DNA of 64,000 nucleotides from Candidatus Thorarchaeota archaeon (GTDB taxonomy: Archaea > Asgardarchaeota > Thorarchaeia > Thorarchaeales > Thorarchaeaceae). Below, one piece after another: positions 19,322 to 27,807 of the stretch. Each line of letters begins with the position of its first letter. Within the stretch, counting starts at the first letter, position 1. The translations under genes and the position numbers were made by a program. The stretch spans positions 497,850-561,849 of the forward strand of contig CP070761.1 in the NCBI GenBank assembly GCA_020348985.1, given 5' to 3'. The notes below the pieces were generated by a model that was not told the origin of the DNA, made no database searches, and saw nothing but the letters and a program-made list of their open reading frames with translations.

Positions 19322-19831
19322 CTAGCAATCTCCTAGGCGGTTCCACAATAGGATTCCAATTGCGATATCCACAACTCCTACAAGGCCATAGAAAGATAGA
19401 GCTAATGGGTACTTCCAGCTTTTCAGTATGCCGAACATGACTATTGTCAACCCACCGAGTATCAAGCCTAGGACCATGATGACTGAGTTCAAAGGGCGTC
19501 CAGCGATGTATGTAAGTCCCTCTCGGAATTGCTCGGCCATTTCGGAAATAGTCATGCAATTCTCTTCCAGAATCTCAATATTGATAATCTCAAGCAGAGC
19601 TCCTTCTGAGTGCGTTACAGTAACTCTGCTCCCTACCTTGGGAATTCTTCCATCAGATTTCTTCCCATATCTGAGCGCCATCCGTTCACCATCTGTTCTT
19701 CTGAGAATAACCGTGCCAGACATAAACCCAGCCCAATCATGAACATCGCATCCCATCACAATTCCAGTGGTTAAGACGGGCTTGATAACGACAGGTTTTC
19801 TTGTTGGGTCTTCAATATTCTGATCCGCCAT
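19322..19831 (-). CDS. Hypothetical protein, small beta-rich domain plus 2 C-terminal TM helices
   Basis: 169-aa ORF ending 3 nt before the OppD-like start. Confidence 0.65.
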   Translation of the reverse strand: MADQNIEDPTRKPVVIKPVLTTGIVMGCDVHDWAGFMSGTVILRRTDGERMALRYGKKSDGRIPKVGSRVTVTHSEGALLEIINIEILEENCMTISEMAEQFREGLTYIAGRPLNSVIMVLGLILGGLTIVMFGILKSWKYPLALSFYGLVGVVDIAIGILLWNRLGDC

Positions 19832-19984
19832 TAGTGGTCAATCATTGGAATTCTCTGGAGGAGAATTAAGGGAGTGTTTCAATGCAGTGAAACAGCTTGA
19901 CGAATCTCATTTATGAACACTGTTTCACTAATTGGAAACGCGTGCTTGTACTATTACCATCCTCTGTTTTCGCGTGGACAACCA

Positions 19985-20365
19985 ATGAATGGAATTACTA
20001 TTCGAGTATACGTAGAATCATCCTCAAAGACGATTCATGCTGCAGATATGGACACAATTGGACATCCTATGTGCACCCAGACCAGGTCTCCCGTTGATAA
20101 GCTTGGAGTTGGCAGAGATTATTTCCCTCAAGACCAGATTGTACTTCTTGACGCTGTCACGCGTGCTGCACAGAAAATGGAGTTTACAGTCGAGGTCGTT
20201 GATGTTTCTAAGTATTCATTCTTCAGACGGTACAGATCAAAGGGAAATGTGCCTAGAATTGAAATTGCATTTGAGACCGGGCAGAGTGACATAGTATTAG
20301 ACAGCATACCTACTTCAGATGAACTCGTGAAGCTTATTCAAGATTCACAATTTCTGTTCCACTAG
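19985..20365 (+). CDS. Hypothetical protein, possible glutaredoxin/thioredoxin-like fold
   Basis: VEVVDVS...NVPRIEI...IPTSDEL pattern; ATG 19985 preferred as start. Confidence 0.55.
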   Translation: MNGITIRVYVESSSKTIHAADMDTIGHPMCTQTRSPVDKLGVGRDYFPQDQIVLLDAVTRAAQKMEFTVEVVDVSKYSFFRRYRSKGNVPRIEIAFETGQSDIVLDSIPTSDELVKLIQDSQFLFH

Positions 20366-21268
20366 ACGCTCAAGCCGAGTTCTAATCAACGGATTTCGAT
20401 TGAAGGCAGTGTAATGAGTATGCGTTGAACAGCTTTCTACGCCGGGATAGCTCAGTATTGCCTGACTTGCTTCTTCCATTGATGGGAGGCGCTCGGTAAC
20501 GAAGAATGAAAACATCGTCTGCTGTGAGGGGTAATCTCTGGTTGCCCAGTAGTCAGAAGGGAATTCTGTATCAAGCCAATCAAGGAAATCCTTCCCGGAG
20601 AAACGATCAGCTTTGTGCCGGATTATGCATGTGAATGTGATATTCCGACCCAGATTTGGATTCCAAGCTAACGTAAACCAGAGGCGGTCCCCGTTTTCGA
20701 AGTCATCCAAGATACGTCTGACCATTTTGATGGGAAGTCCCGAATTTGCGGCAATCAGATGATCAGGCATCCTAGCATCAACAAGTAATTGATCCAGAAC
20801 CTTTGCTTCATTCAATGTGAATTCAGGCGCATCCGGTCGGAACTCCTTTTCATCTGCAAGTTGCTGCTTGAATCTCTCAATTCGAAGAACACCTGGCATT
20901 TGCTCTATGGTGCTACACAGAGCATCGAGGTCCTTATCCTTAGAGTAGTCAAAGCCCACATAGAAATCGCCTGAAGTGAAAGGGTAGACCAGATACATAC
21001 CTTCATGCTTCCGAACGGCGTTGGTGAAGGACTCAATCCCTATTGATGAATCAGTGTATGCTATGACATTGGAGAATCTGAGGTTCGAAGAATCTGGATT
21101 GATGTACACAAGAAATCGTTGTATGAAACCACTCTTCATTAGTAAGTCGATTCTCTTTTTCACTGAAGATCCGGTAAGGCCGACTAGTCCACCAAGTTTC
21201 CTGTAACTCATTCTACAATTGACAAGCAAGTGTTGAAGTATAGCCTTCTCCTTCTGGTCCAAAGCCAT
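20345..21268 (-). CDS. Lrp/AsnC-family regulator with duplicated HTH/effector units
   Basis: NCRMSYRKLG..VGLT..SVKKRI and a second DARMP...IA..SGL HTH. Confidence 0.8.
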   Translation of the reverse strand: MALDQKEKAILQHLLVNCRMSYRKLGGLVGLTGSSVKKRIDLLMKSGFIQRFLVYINPDSSNLRFSNVIAYTDSSIGIESFTNAVRKHEGMYLVYPFTSGDFYVGFDYSKDKDLDALCSTIEQMPGVLRIERFKQQLADEKEFRPDAPEFTLNEAKVLDQLLVDARMPDHLIAANSGLPIKMVRRILDDFENGDRLWFTLAWNPNLGRNITFTCIIRHKADRFSGKDFLDWLDTEFPSDYWATRDYPSQQTMFSFFVTERLPSMEEASQAILSYPGVESCSTHTHYTAFNRNPLIRTRLERLVEQKL

Positions 21269-21591
21269 CAGGACTTGGAATTCGTACTCAGTAGATTAGT
21301 TTCACGGTTCTGGAAGAGCCTAGCCCTGTAATGACAAGTCAGCAATTTGTGGCTCTCATTTAGGTCTGAGATAATCAATCTTGACGTATCAGACACAGTC
21401 TGCAGCAAATATCCAACCTCAATCTCAGATAGACTCTTGCGTTCAAGGTTTGATGGCATGGAACTTGGCAACGAATGGCAATCATAAACTACGTGTTCAT
21501 TCGAGTCGCTAGTCAGTTTTCAATCGGCACATCACGGCATATCAGATACTTCTAACTCACAAGTAGATTGACTAAACCAATAGTCATCTGC

Positions 21592-22755
21592 TCAAAGCTT
21601 CTCACGAAACCAATCCATTATCATAGGTAGTTCTCTTTCAAGTAATGTATCGGAGCACATGTGATCCCCCTTGGGAACAATGCTCAGATCTACAGGGCCT
21701 CCAAAGAACTTCACAATTTGACGAACTCCCTCCACCGGTGCTAGACTGTCGTCCTCTCCATGCACAATTAATGATGGAACTTTGACTTTAGGGAGCATCG
21801 TTTCAAAGTTATATGCTCTTAGTCTTTTGAATATCTCATCCTGATCTAGGATTCCTGTGTGCTTAGTGATTTGTCTTCGTTGGATTGCAGGCATCCGTTT
21901 TACGACTTTGTCCAATTTGACCAAGGCCGCACCTACCATGGCAATTGATGCAATCCTGGGTTCAAATGACGACATTACTGCTGCCATTAAGGCTCCACCA
22001 CTGAATCCTATCGCACCGACTTGCCCAAAGCTGTATTCTGAATGGTTTAACAAGAAGTCCACACACAGACCTGTGAATATGCCAAGTTCCTGAAAGTTGC
22101 GATTTAGTACTCCATGATAACGGCTTTCTCCCCATCCTGGTTGGTCAATGTTGAGAATGGCAATACCTCGATCCAATGCTGCTGCTTCAATAAAGCGAAG
22201 AGTTTCCTTGACCGTGTCATTGCCTTGTGTCAGGATTATGACTGGATGTATTTCATCCGAAGTTGATTTTTCTGGAACACGTAGTCGCCCATGAAGATGT
22301 TCATTGCTCCATGGAATTCTTACATATTCCACAGGGGGATCTGAAAGATCGTCAATTCTTTTTGATACATCGAGTAAATCGGCGAAATTCTCAAGAATCA
22401 GATCCTCCTCATATGTCACCCAATCTGCTAGGAAGAAGTTTACTACAGCGTGTTGATATTCAACTGCAGCCAGCTCATAATCTCCTGCCTTCTCTGCCTT
22501 GAGACCTGCCTCTCTCCTTTCAAAAGCAACTTCCCGAGCATGCCCGCGGAAATCTATGCCCAGATCGCTTGATTCCGAGAATATCCTCACGATATCAGTT
22601 CGGTCTGCTCCCATCAATTCCATTGTCTGAAACAACATCTGAAACGTGGGAACGGTTTTCCATTTCTCGCTCGAGATTACCTTGGCAAGTAGTTTGTCCT
22701 GCCATTTATCAGGTAGTCGTGTCATCAATCCTCTTAGTAGTGACATTTTTCTCAA
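21592..22755 (-). CDS. Alpha/beta hydrolase (FrsA/DhpON-hydrolase-like)
   Basis: G.D..KE, DQPGWGE, GFSGG nucleophile elbow, HGEDD, GDH. Confidence 0.8.
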   Translation of the reverse strand: MRKMSLLRGLMTRLPDKWQDKLLAKVISSEKWKTVPTFQMLFQTMELMGADRTDIVRIFSESSDLGIDFRGHAREVAFERREAGLKAEKAGDYELAAVEYQHAVVNFFLADWVTYEEDLILENFADLLDVSKRIDDLSDPPVEYVRIPWSNEHLHGRLRVPEKSTSDEIHPVIILTQGNDTVKETLRFIEAAALDRGIAILNIDQPGWGESRYHGVLNRNFQELGIFTGLCVDFLLNHSEYSFGQVGAIGFSGGALMAAVMSSFEPRIASIAMVGAALVKLDKVVKRMPAIQRRQITKHTGILDQDEIFKRLRAYNFETMLPKVKVPSLIVHGEDDSLAPVEGVRQIVKFFGGPVDLSIVPKGDHMCSDTLLERELPMIMDWFREKL

Positions 22756-22784
22756 CTCTCTCCATTGAACCGTGTTTGCAGTTC

Positions 22785-22857
22785 GTTAGTGACGCATCGT
22801 CACTAACTTAGCAGAGTAGAGGGTATTTAACAGTTTTTAGTGACGCATCGTCACTAA
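22785..22857. promoter_or_regulatory. Twin palindromic operators flanking a TATA-like box (probable TetR sites)
   Basis: GTTAGTGACG-CAT-CGTCACTAAC (22785-22807) and TTAGTGACG-CAT-CGTCACTAA (22837-22857); TTAAATA on the minus strand between them. Confidence 0.85.
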
Positions 22858-22928
22858 TTTCTTTACAGGAATTTCTAGGAATCTGTGTCCGTAGTTCTTT
22901 ATAAGAGGTCTATTAATCCCCAAGATTC

Positions 22929-23588
22929 ATGCCGGTCCGACGTCGCACGAGAGATAAGAAGCAAAAGATTGCCCGAATTAAGCAGGTATTCAGATCCTTG
23001 GTGGAAACTCATGGATATTTGGAAACCACAAACAAGCTAATTGCTCGGCGTGCGAATGTAAGCGTCGGATTAGTCTACAAGTACTTCCCGCGCGGCAAAG
23101 TCGACATCCTACGTCAATTGATTCTTGATAGTCAAGAAATCTATCTAACAACTGAAGAACGACAAAGTCCATCCCTGCAAGTATCGTTGATTGATCGTCC
23201 ACCTTCATCAAAGTCCTTGCGGCTGTTTATTCGTCAGATGCTTGATTTTATCATAAATGCACATGTGAGTAATGCACCATTCATCCGGGCATTAGAGATT
23301 GCTATGCTGGCTGAACCATCTGCCTTTGACGACATAATAGGTTGGGCTCAACAAGTATTGAATCTAAAACCAATACTGACAGAGCTTGAAAAGTACGATG
23401 TTGTTAAGGAATCTCCAAGCGAGAAGGATCTTATAATCAAAACAAACATCATCGATTTGGTTATTCATCGCTACATTTTCTATGCTGGTCATCCATTCTC
23501 TAGCCATGATGATTTTACTGATTATCTACTAGAGCTATTCATTCAGCTATTTAGAATAGATATCCCACGGAATTCCAAACTTGTGTAG
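22929..23588 (+). CDS. TetR/AcrR-family regulator
   Basis: TTNKLIARRANVSVGLVYKYFPRGK; divergent from the hydrolase. Confidence 0.85.
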   Translation: MPVRRRTRDKKQKIARIKQVFRSLVETHGYLETTNKLIARRANVSVGLVYKYFPRGKVDILRQLILDSQEIYLTTEERQSPSLQVSLIDRPPSSKSLRLFIRQMLDFIINAHVSNAPFIRALEIAMLAEPSAFDDIIGWAQQVLNLKPILTELEKYDVVKESPSEKDLIIKTNIIDLVIHRYIFYAGHPFSSHDDFTDYLLELFIQLFRIDIPRNSKLV

Positions 23589-23691
23589 ACATCGGACACA
23601 AACTGCAATCACTCAATACTATCCTCGACCAGTACTCTTGAGGGTTCTTGGGTATACTACGTCAAACGAAATGATTTTAAACGGATAACCT

Positions 23692-23729
23692 ATCTCATAG
23701 ATGATAGTATCTTACCGATGAGATGGGTT
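23692..23729. promoter_or_regulatory. Tandem ATCTCA-N4-TGAGAT-like operator upstream of the protease operon
   Basis: ATCTCATAGATGATAG (23692-23707) and ATCTTACCGATGAGAT (23709-23724), downstream of TTTTAAA. Confidence 0.6.
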
Positions 23730-23789
23730 GTACTCAAATCATCTGGGAGGACAGACACACGAAATTGGAACAGTGAGGAGAACAGATAG

Positions 23790-24641
23790 ATGGAAATGAA
23801 ATTCGAGTTCGATACAGACGCAAGATGTGGACATGTTGCATTGCCAGTTCACATCAATGGAGAAGGACCATTCCTGCTCCATTTGGATACAGGTGGAGCC
23901 CGTACTTCCTTGAGTCACTCAGTGGTCAAAAAACTCGGTCTTGAGGCAACAGACCCTCCTAAGGAGATGGAGGCAGTGGGAGTTGGTGGCCCAGTTGACA
24001 TCAAGCTTTCCAAGGTTGACAAGATTGAGATAGGCACCGAAGTCTTAGAGGATGAGGAGATTATTGTCGTTGACTTCGAAGGAATCTTTGGAACTCAGTT
24101 TGACGGTATCATCGGCCATTCCATGCTGAAACATTACAAGATGACTGTGGACTACGTGAACCAGACTTTCAAACTTGAGAAAGACAACGGTAATGCTTCA
24201 AATAAATCGGTGGAGTGGGCAGGCTTTGAATATTTGGACGGAACACATCTTGTTGGCGTCCCTGTTCACATCAACGAGAACGGACCATACATGTTTGCGG
24301 TTGATACTGGGTCCAGTGGAAATGTCATGACTCCGAAAGTTGCGCAAGATCTCGGTCTAATGGTACCAGCGGCTGGTGCTAGTGACGCCTGCTCAGGCGG
24401 CGATTGTGCAGGTGTTGGTGGAACAATGACTGGCTACGGTGTACAAGTACGACGTCTTACAGTTGGCTCAGCGGCACAAGAGGATGTGATTGTTGGTGTG
24501 ATAGATCTGAAGGTTGTCTCTTCCAAGGGAGACGCTCTTGACAATGGAATCATAGGCTATCCATTCTTGAAGGACTATCAGCTCATTATCGACTATCCGA
24601 ATGAGCGTTTCGCATTAGTCAATGGACAGAATAGCAATTAG
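23790..24641 (+). CDS. Two-domain retropepsin-like aspartyl protease 1
   Basis: LHLDTGG..DGIIG and FAVDTGS..NGIIG; no signal peptide. Confidence 0.85.
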   Translation: MEMKFEFDTDARCGHVALPVHINGEGPFLLHLDTGGARTSLSHSVVKKLGLEATDPPKEMEAVGVGGPVDIKLSKVDKIEIGTEVLEDEEIIVVDFEGIFGTQFDGIIGHSMLKHYKMTVDYVNQTFKLEKDNGNASNKSVEWAGFEYLDGTHLVGVPVHINENGPYMFAVDTGSSGNVMTPKVAQDLGLMVPAAGASDACSGGDCAGVGGTMTGYGVQVRRLTVGSAAQEDVIVGVIDLKVVSSKGDALDNGIIGYPFLKDYQLIIDYPNERFALVNGQNSN

Positions 24642-24654
24642 GTTGTGATGAAGA

Positions 24655-25473
24655 ATGGAATTGAAATTCGAGTTGACTAGCGGGAATCTCATAGAAGTCT
24701 CGGATGTTTTCATTAACGATGAAGGCCCATTCAAGTTCATCATCGATACAGGAGCACGGGTCACATCAATACCTGCCGAACTAGCTGAGAAATTGGGCTT
24801 GGAGACCTATAATAGCGCATCTCCCTATTCGAAGGATCTCAAGCTCGTGCATAAGGCAGCTCGCCTAGAGAGGCTGAAAGTTGGCTCTGAGGTGTTTGAA
24901 GACGAAGAGATTCTCGTACTCGACCTGACGATTTGCTGCGGAGCCGGCGTCATTGGCCACACTACATTGAAACACTTCAAGATGTCAGTGGACTACGATG
25001 AGAAAGTCGTGAGGTTGGAGCGCCCATCTGAGGTATCTCAGGACGACGACGTAGATTGGATTCCACTCATATACGTAGATGGTTCTCATCTCTTCGAGGT
25101 CCCGGTAACGATTAATGACACTGGACCTCACACTTTCGTCATGGACACTGGGGCTGGAGGTTCAGCCATGGATCTTGAGACCGCTACTTCACTGGGACTA
25201 TCGGTAAAGCCTGTGCCCGGTCTAATTGTTCGGGGACTCTATGGTGATAACCAGGGGAGTCAGACCGTCGTTGAAAATGTGACAATCGGACACATCGACA
25301 GAGAGTCGTTCCCTTTCATCACTCTACCAATGAATGCCGTATGTGGATGCGGTGGCACCAATTCCATAGCAAGAAACGGGATTATAGGCTTCGACTTCCT
25401 AAAAGGCGTAGAGTTGGTCATTGACTACCCTGGTGAACGCTACGCGTTCATTGAGAAAAGAGAAGACAACTGA
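24655..25473 (+). CDS. Two-domain retropepsin-like aspartyl protease 2
   Basis: FIIDTGA..GVIG and FVMDTGA..NGIIG. Confidence 0.85.
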   Translation: MELKFELTSGNLIEVSDVFINDEGPFKFIIDTGARVTSIPAELAEKLGLETYNSASPYSKDLKLVHKAARLERLKVGSEVFEDEEILVLDLTICCGAGVIGHTTLKHFKMSVDYDEKVVRLERPSEVSQDDDVDWIPLIYVDGSHLFEVPVTINDTGPHTFVMDTGAGGSAMDLETATSLGLSVKPVPGLIVRGLYGDNQGSQTVVENVTIGHIDRESFPFITLPMNAVCGCGGTNSIARNGIIGFDFLKGVELVIDYPGERYAFIEKREDN

Positions 25474-25492
25474 GAATTGGAGATTCACGAAT

Positions 25493-26293
25493 ATGGAGTT
25501 AGATTTCCGATTAGACCCCACGATGCACATCCGAATACATGCGAGTGTTAACGGTACTGGTCCTCATGACTTCCACGTGGACACAGGCGCAAGAGCCACC
25601 ACAATTTCAAGGGCTCTGGCAGAGCAGCTCAAAATCGAAACCTATGAGGAAGAACGCGAAAGAGCTGGAATAACGTACCAGACTACTCTAGCACGATTGG
25701 ACAACCTACGCATAGGAACGGATGAGTTCGTAGACGAAGAGGTCCTTGTAATGGACCTCCACAAGATGTTCGGGCCTAGTGCTCCTTACGGCAATGTAGG
25801 ATACACCACACTGAAACACTACGTCTTTTCGGTCAATTATACTGACCAAAAGCTGCGACTTGAAAGAGAGGAGCCGAAAGGGATTGCTGAGTGGATAGAC
25901 TTCCAGTATGTCGGTGGTTCACATCTGGTTGGAGTGCCAACCATCGTTAATGGAAAGGGGCCCTATGAGCTCATCATTGAAACAGGATCTGGAATCACGA
26001 TTCTCTCTCCTGAGTTGGCAAACGATTTAGAGCTTGGAGGGAACATGCAGGAAGTGATGGTCAGAGGTGTCGAAGGACAAACAACAGCTCACTTCGCATC
26101 TATAGACAGTCTGTCTGTTGGCAAATTCCTGCAGAAGAATCTCCAAGTCATTGTGATGGATCTGGGAAGCGTTGCAAGGAGTGGAGGCCTAATCAAGGAC
26201 GGCGCAATTGGGTACAACTTTCTAAAGAGTTTCGAGACAATCATTGACTATCCAAACATGAGAATCTCATTCGTACCAAAGGGACACAATTAA
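25493..26293 (+). CDS. Two-domain retropepsin-like aspartyl protease 3 (second motif ETG)
   Basis: FHVDTGA and LIIETGS; ATG 25493 gives MELDF, parallel to MEMKF and MELKF of the paralogs. Confidence 0.85.
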   Translation: MELDFRLDPTMHIRIHASVNGTGPHDFHVDTGARATTISRALAEQLKIETYEEERERAGITYQTTLARLDNLRIGTDEFVDEEVLVMDLHKMFGPSAPYGNVGYTTLKHYVFSVNYTDQKLRLEREEPKGIAEWIDFQYVGGSHLVGVPTIVNGKGPYELIIETGSGITILSPELANDLELGGNMQEVMVRGVEGQTTAHFASIDSLSVGKFLQKNLQVIVMDLGSVARSGGLIKDGAIGYNFLKSFETIIDYPNMRISFVPKGHN

Positions 26294-26314
26294 GAAACAC
26301 AAAGGATACACTAA

Positions 26315-26338
26315 AGTATCTCACAGGTGAAATGGGTT
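26315..26338. promoter_or_regulatory. Second copy of the protease-operon operator box
   Basis: AGTATCTCACAGGTGAAATGGGTT versus AGTATCTTACCGATGAGATGGGTT at 23706-23729: 20/24 identical. Confidence 0.6.
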
Positions 26339-26351
26339 TCAGAGACCAAGA

Positions 26352-27071
26352 GTGTGGGAGACGGTGACAGCAAGTTCAGTCGCTTCAAGCAAAATGGACG
26401 ACAGACTCAGAAAAGTCAGGCTCTACACGAGAGTTGGACAACAGGAGTCGTCGCTCCAGATATACTCATATCTTATGATTAATGGCAAGACGACTGCAGC
26501 CGAACTCAGGCGGAAAACAGGTCTGAGCAATGCAACTGTCTTCAGGAGTCTTGCTCTGCTTTTGGAAGCACAACTAGTGGACAAAGAAGAAGACCCGGAC
26601 GCCACAGATCGTCGCTACAGTATGCACTACTACATAACTCGAAACATCGTGGACGTCAGTAAAAAGCTCGTCACGAAAAGTCTGGTGACTTTCGCTGAAA
26701 TGACCGGCAAGTCAAAGACTCTGCAAGCATGGTATCAGGTTCTCGAATACCTACCTCTTACACTAAACCGCTTTACCTCCCAATATGCGCTGGACATTGG
26801 ATGCACTCCAGTAGATGACGATGAAGTTGAAGAAGCGAGATTCGTGAAGATGATGGCATTTTGCGTTGACAGCATAGACGACGTGAAAACACTTTTGATG
26901 AAGGTCCAGCAGTTTGTTGGAGAGTATCAAGCACTTCAAGGGAAGGAAAAGAGAAACTGGAAGAGCCCTCTTGCAAATCCCGTTGTTTTGTCAGTGAGCG
27001 TTGTCGCTCCCGCTCCTGAGACCGTGCCTTGCAAACCTACTGCAATTCTCCGCGTTTCAGAGAAGAAGTAG
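26352..27071 (+). CDS. Winged-helix transcriptional regulator (ArsR/TrmB-like HTH)
   Basis: IYSYLMINGKTTAAELRRKTGLSNATVFRSLALL; exact start uncertain. Confidence 0.75.
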   Translation: MWETVTASSVASSKMDDRLRKVRLYTRVGQQESSLQIYSYLMINGKTTAAELRRKTGLSNATVFRSLALLLEAQLVDKEEDPDATDRRYSMHYYITRNIVDVSKKLVTKSLVTFAEMTGKSKTLQAWYQVLEYLPLTLNRFTSQYALDIGCTPVDDDEVEEARFVKMMAFCVDSIDDVKTLLMKVQQFVGEYQALQGKEKRNWKSPLANPVVLSVSVVAPAPETVPCKPTAILRVSEKK

Positions 27072-27078
27072 CGGATTG

Positions 27079-27696
27079 TTAGTTTCCTACAGTTCTACGT
27101 ACAATGGGCAGCAATCCCGCAAAAGCTATGTGTGTAGAATCTGACTCTGCCTTACTTTCGACGGATTCGAGTTTCTTCTCTACCTCTTTTAAGAAACTCG
27201 TGTATTCCTCGTTCCAAATCCTGGCCTGCTTTTCTGATAGTACAAGGAATGTGAAACACATTGGATCAGAGATGGCAGACTCCGCAGATAGACTTGCGAA
27301 CTGAGCCCGTCGAAGCTTTGCCGTCTCAGTTGCAAGATTGGCAATCATTTGTAGATGTGATGCAGCAGATTCCAGAAAGCTGACTCGCTCTCGATGCTTC
27401 TCTGATGAATATGACCTTAGTTCAATCTCCAAACGCTGTTTAGTATCAGGCCGAAGGGTATAGATTTTGACAGGACGACCGGTGGGCTTTACCGTTACTT
27501 CAAGGAGCCCTGATTCAACCATCTTCGCTAGATGATGAGTCAACGTGCTTCTTCCTATAGTCAACTGTTCCATGAGTTGTCGTGCAGTCACTTCAGATCC
27601 AATCAGCACCTCAAGATAGATGCGAGAACGCACGGCGTCCGACAATATCTCCATGAGTCGCAGTTTTTTCTGCTCTTCCTTACTTGCACTCATCAC
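27079..27696 (-). CDS. ArsR-like winged-helix regulator
   Basis: LSDAVRSRIY..VTARQL....I.RSTLTHHLAKMVESGLL....GRP.KIY. Confidence 0.8.
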   Translation of the reverse strand: MMSASKEEQKKLRLMEILSDAVRSRIYLEVLIGSEVTARQLMEQLTIGRSTLTHHLAKMVESGLLEVTVKPTGRPVKIYTLRPDTKQRLEIELRSYSSEKHRERVSFLESAASHLQMIANLATETAKLRRAQFASLSAESAISDPMCFTFLVLSEKQARIWNEEYTSFLKEVEKKLESVESKAESDSTHIAFAGLLPIVRRTVGN

Positions 27697-27755
27697 AATC
27701 GACCTCCGGTTTCGATGCTTTAGTGGTAGATTTTATAATCGCATTGTTTTAAAAT

Positions 27756-27774
27756 ATTTCGATGTCATCGAAAT
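27756..27774. promoter_or_regulatory. Perfect palindromic operator
   Basis: ATTTCGATG-T-CATCGAAAT between the divergent regulator and serine hydrolase; extra half-sites near 27709 and 27786. Confidence 0.7.
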
Positions 27775-27807
27775 GATACGAATGTATCGAAACATGAGAG
27801 ATGAGAC

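Noticed and set aside
21269-21591. ORF 21268..21471 and surrounding spacer
   Set aside because: No recognisable motif; likely a promoter region or decayed sequence.
23790-26293. Retroelement or provirus origin of the aspartyl proteases
   Set aside because: No gag, reverse transcriptase, integrase or terminal repeats nearby.
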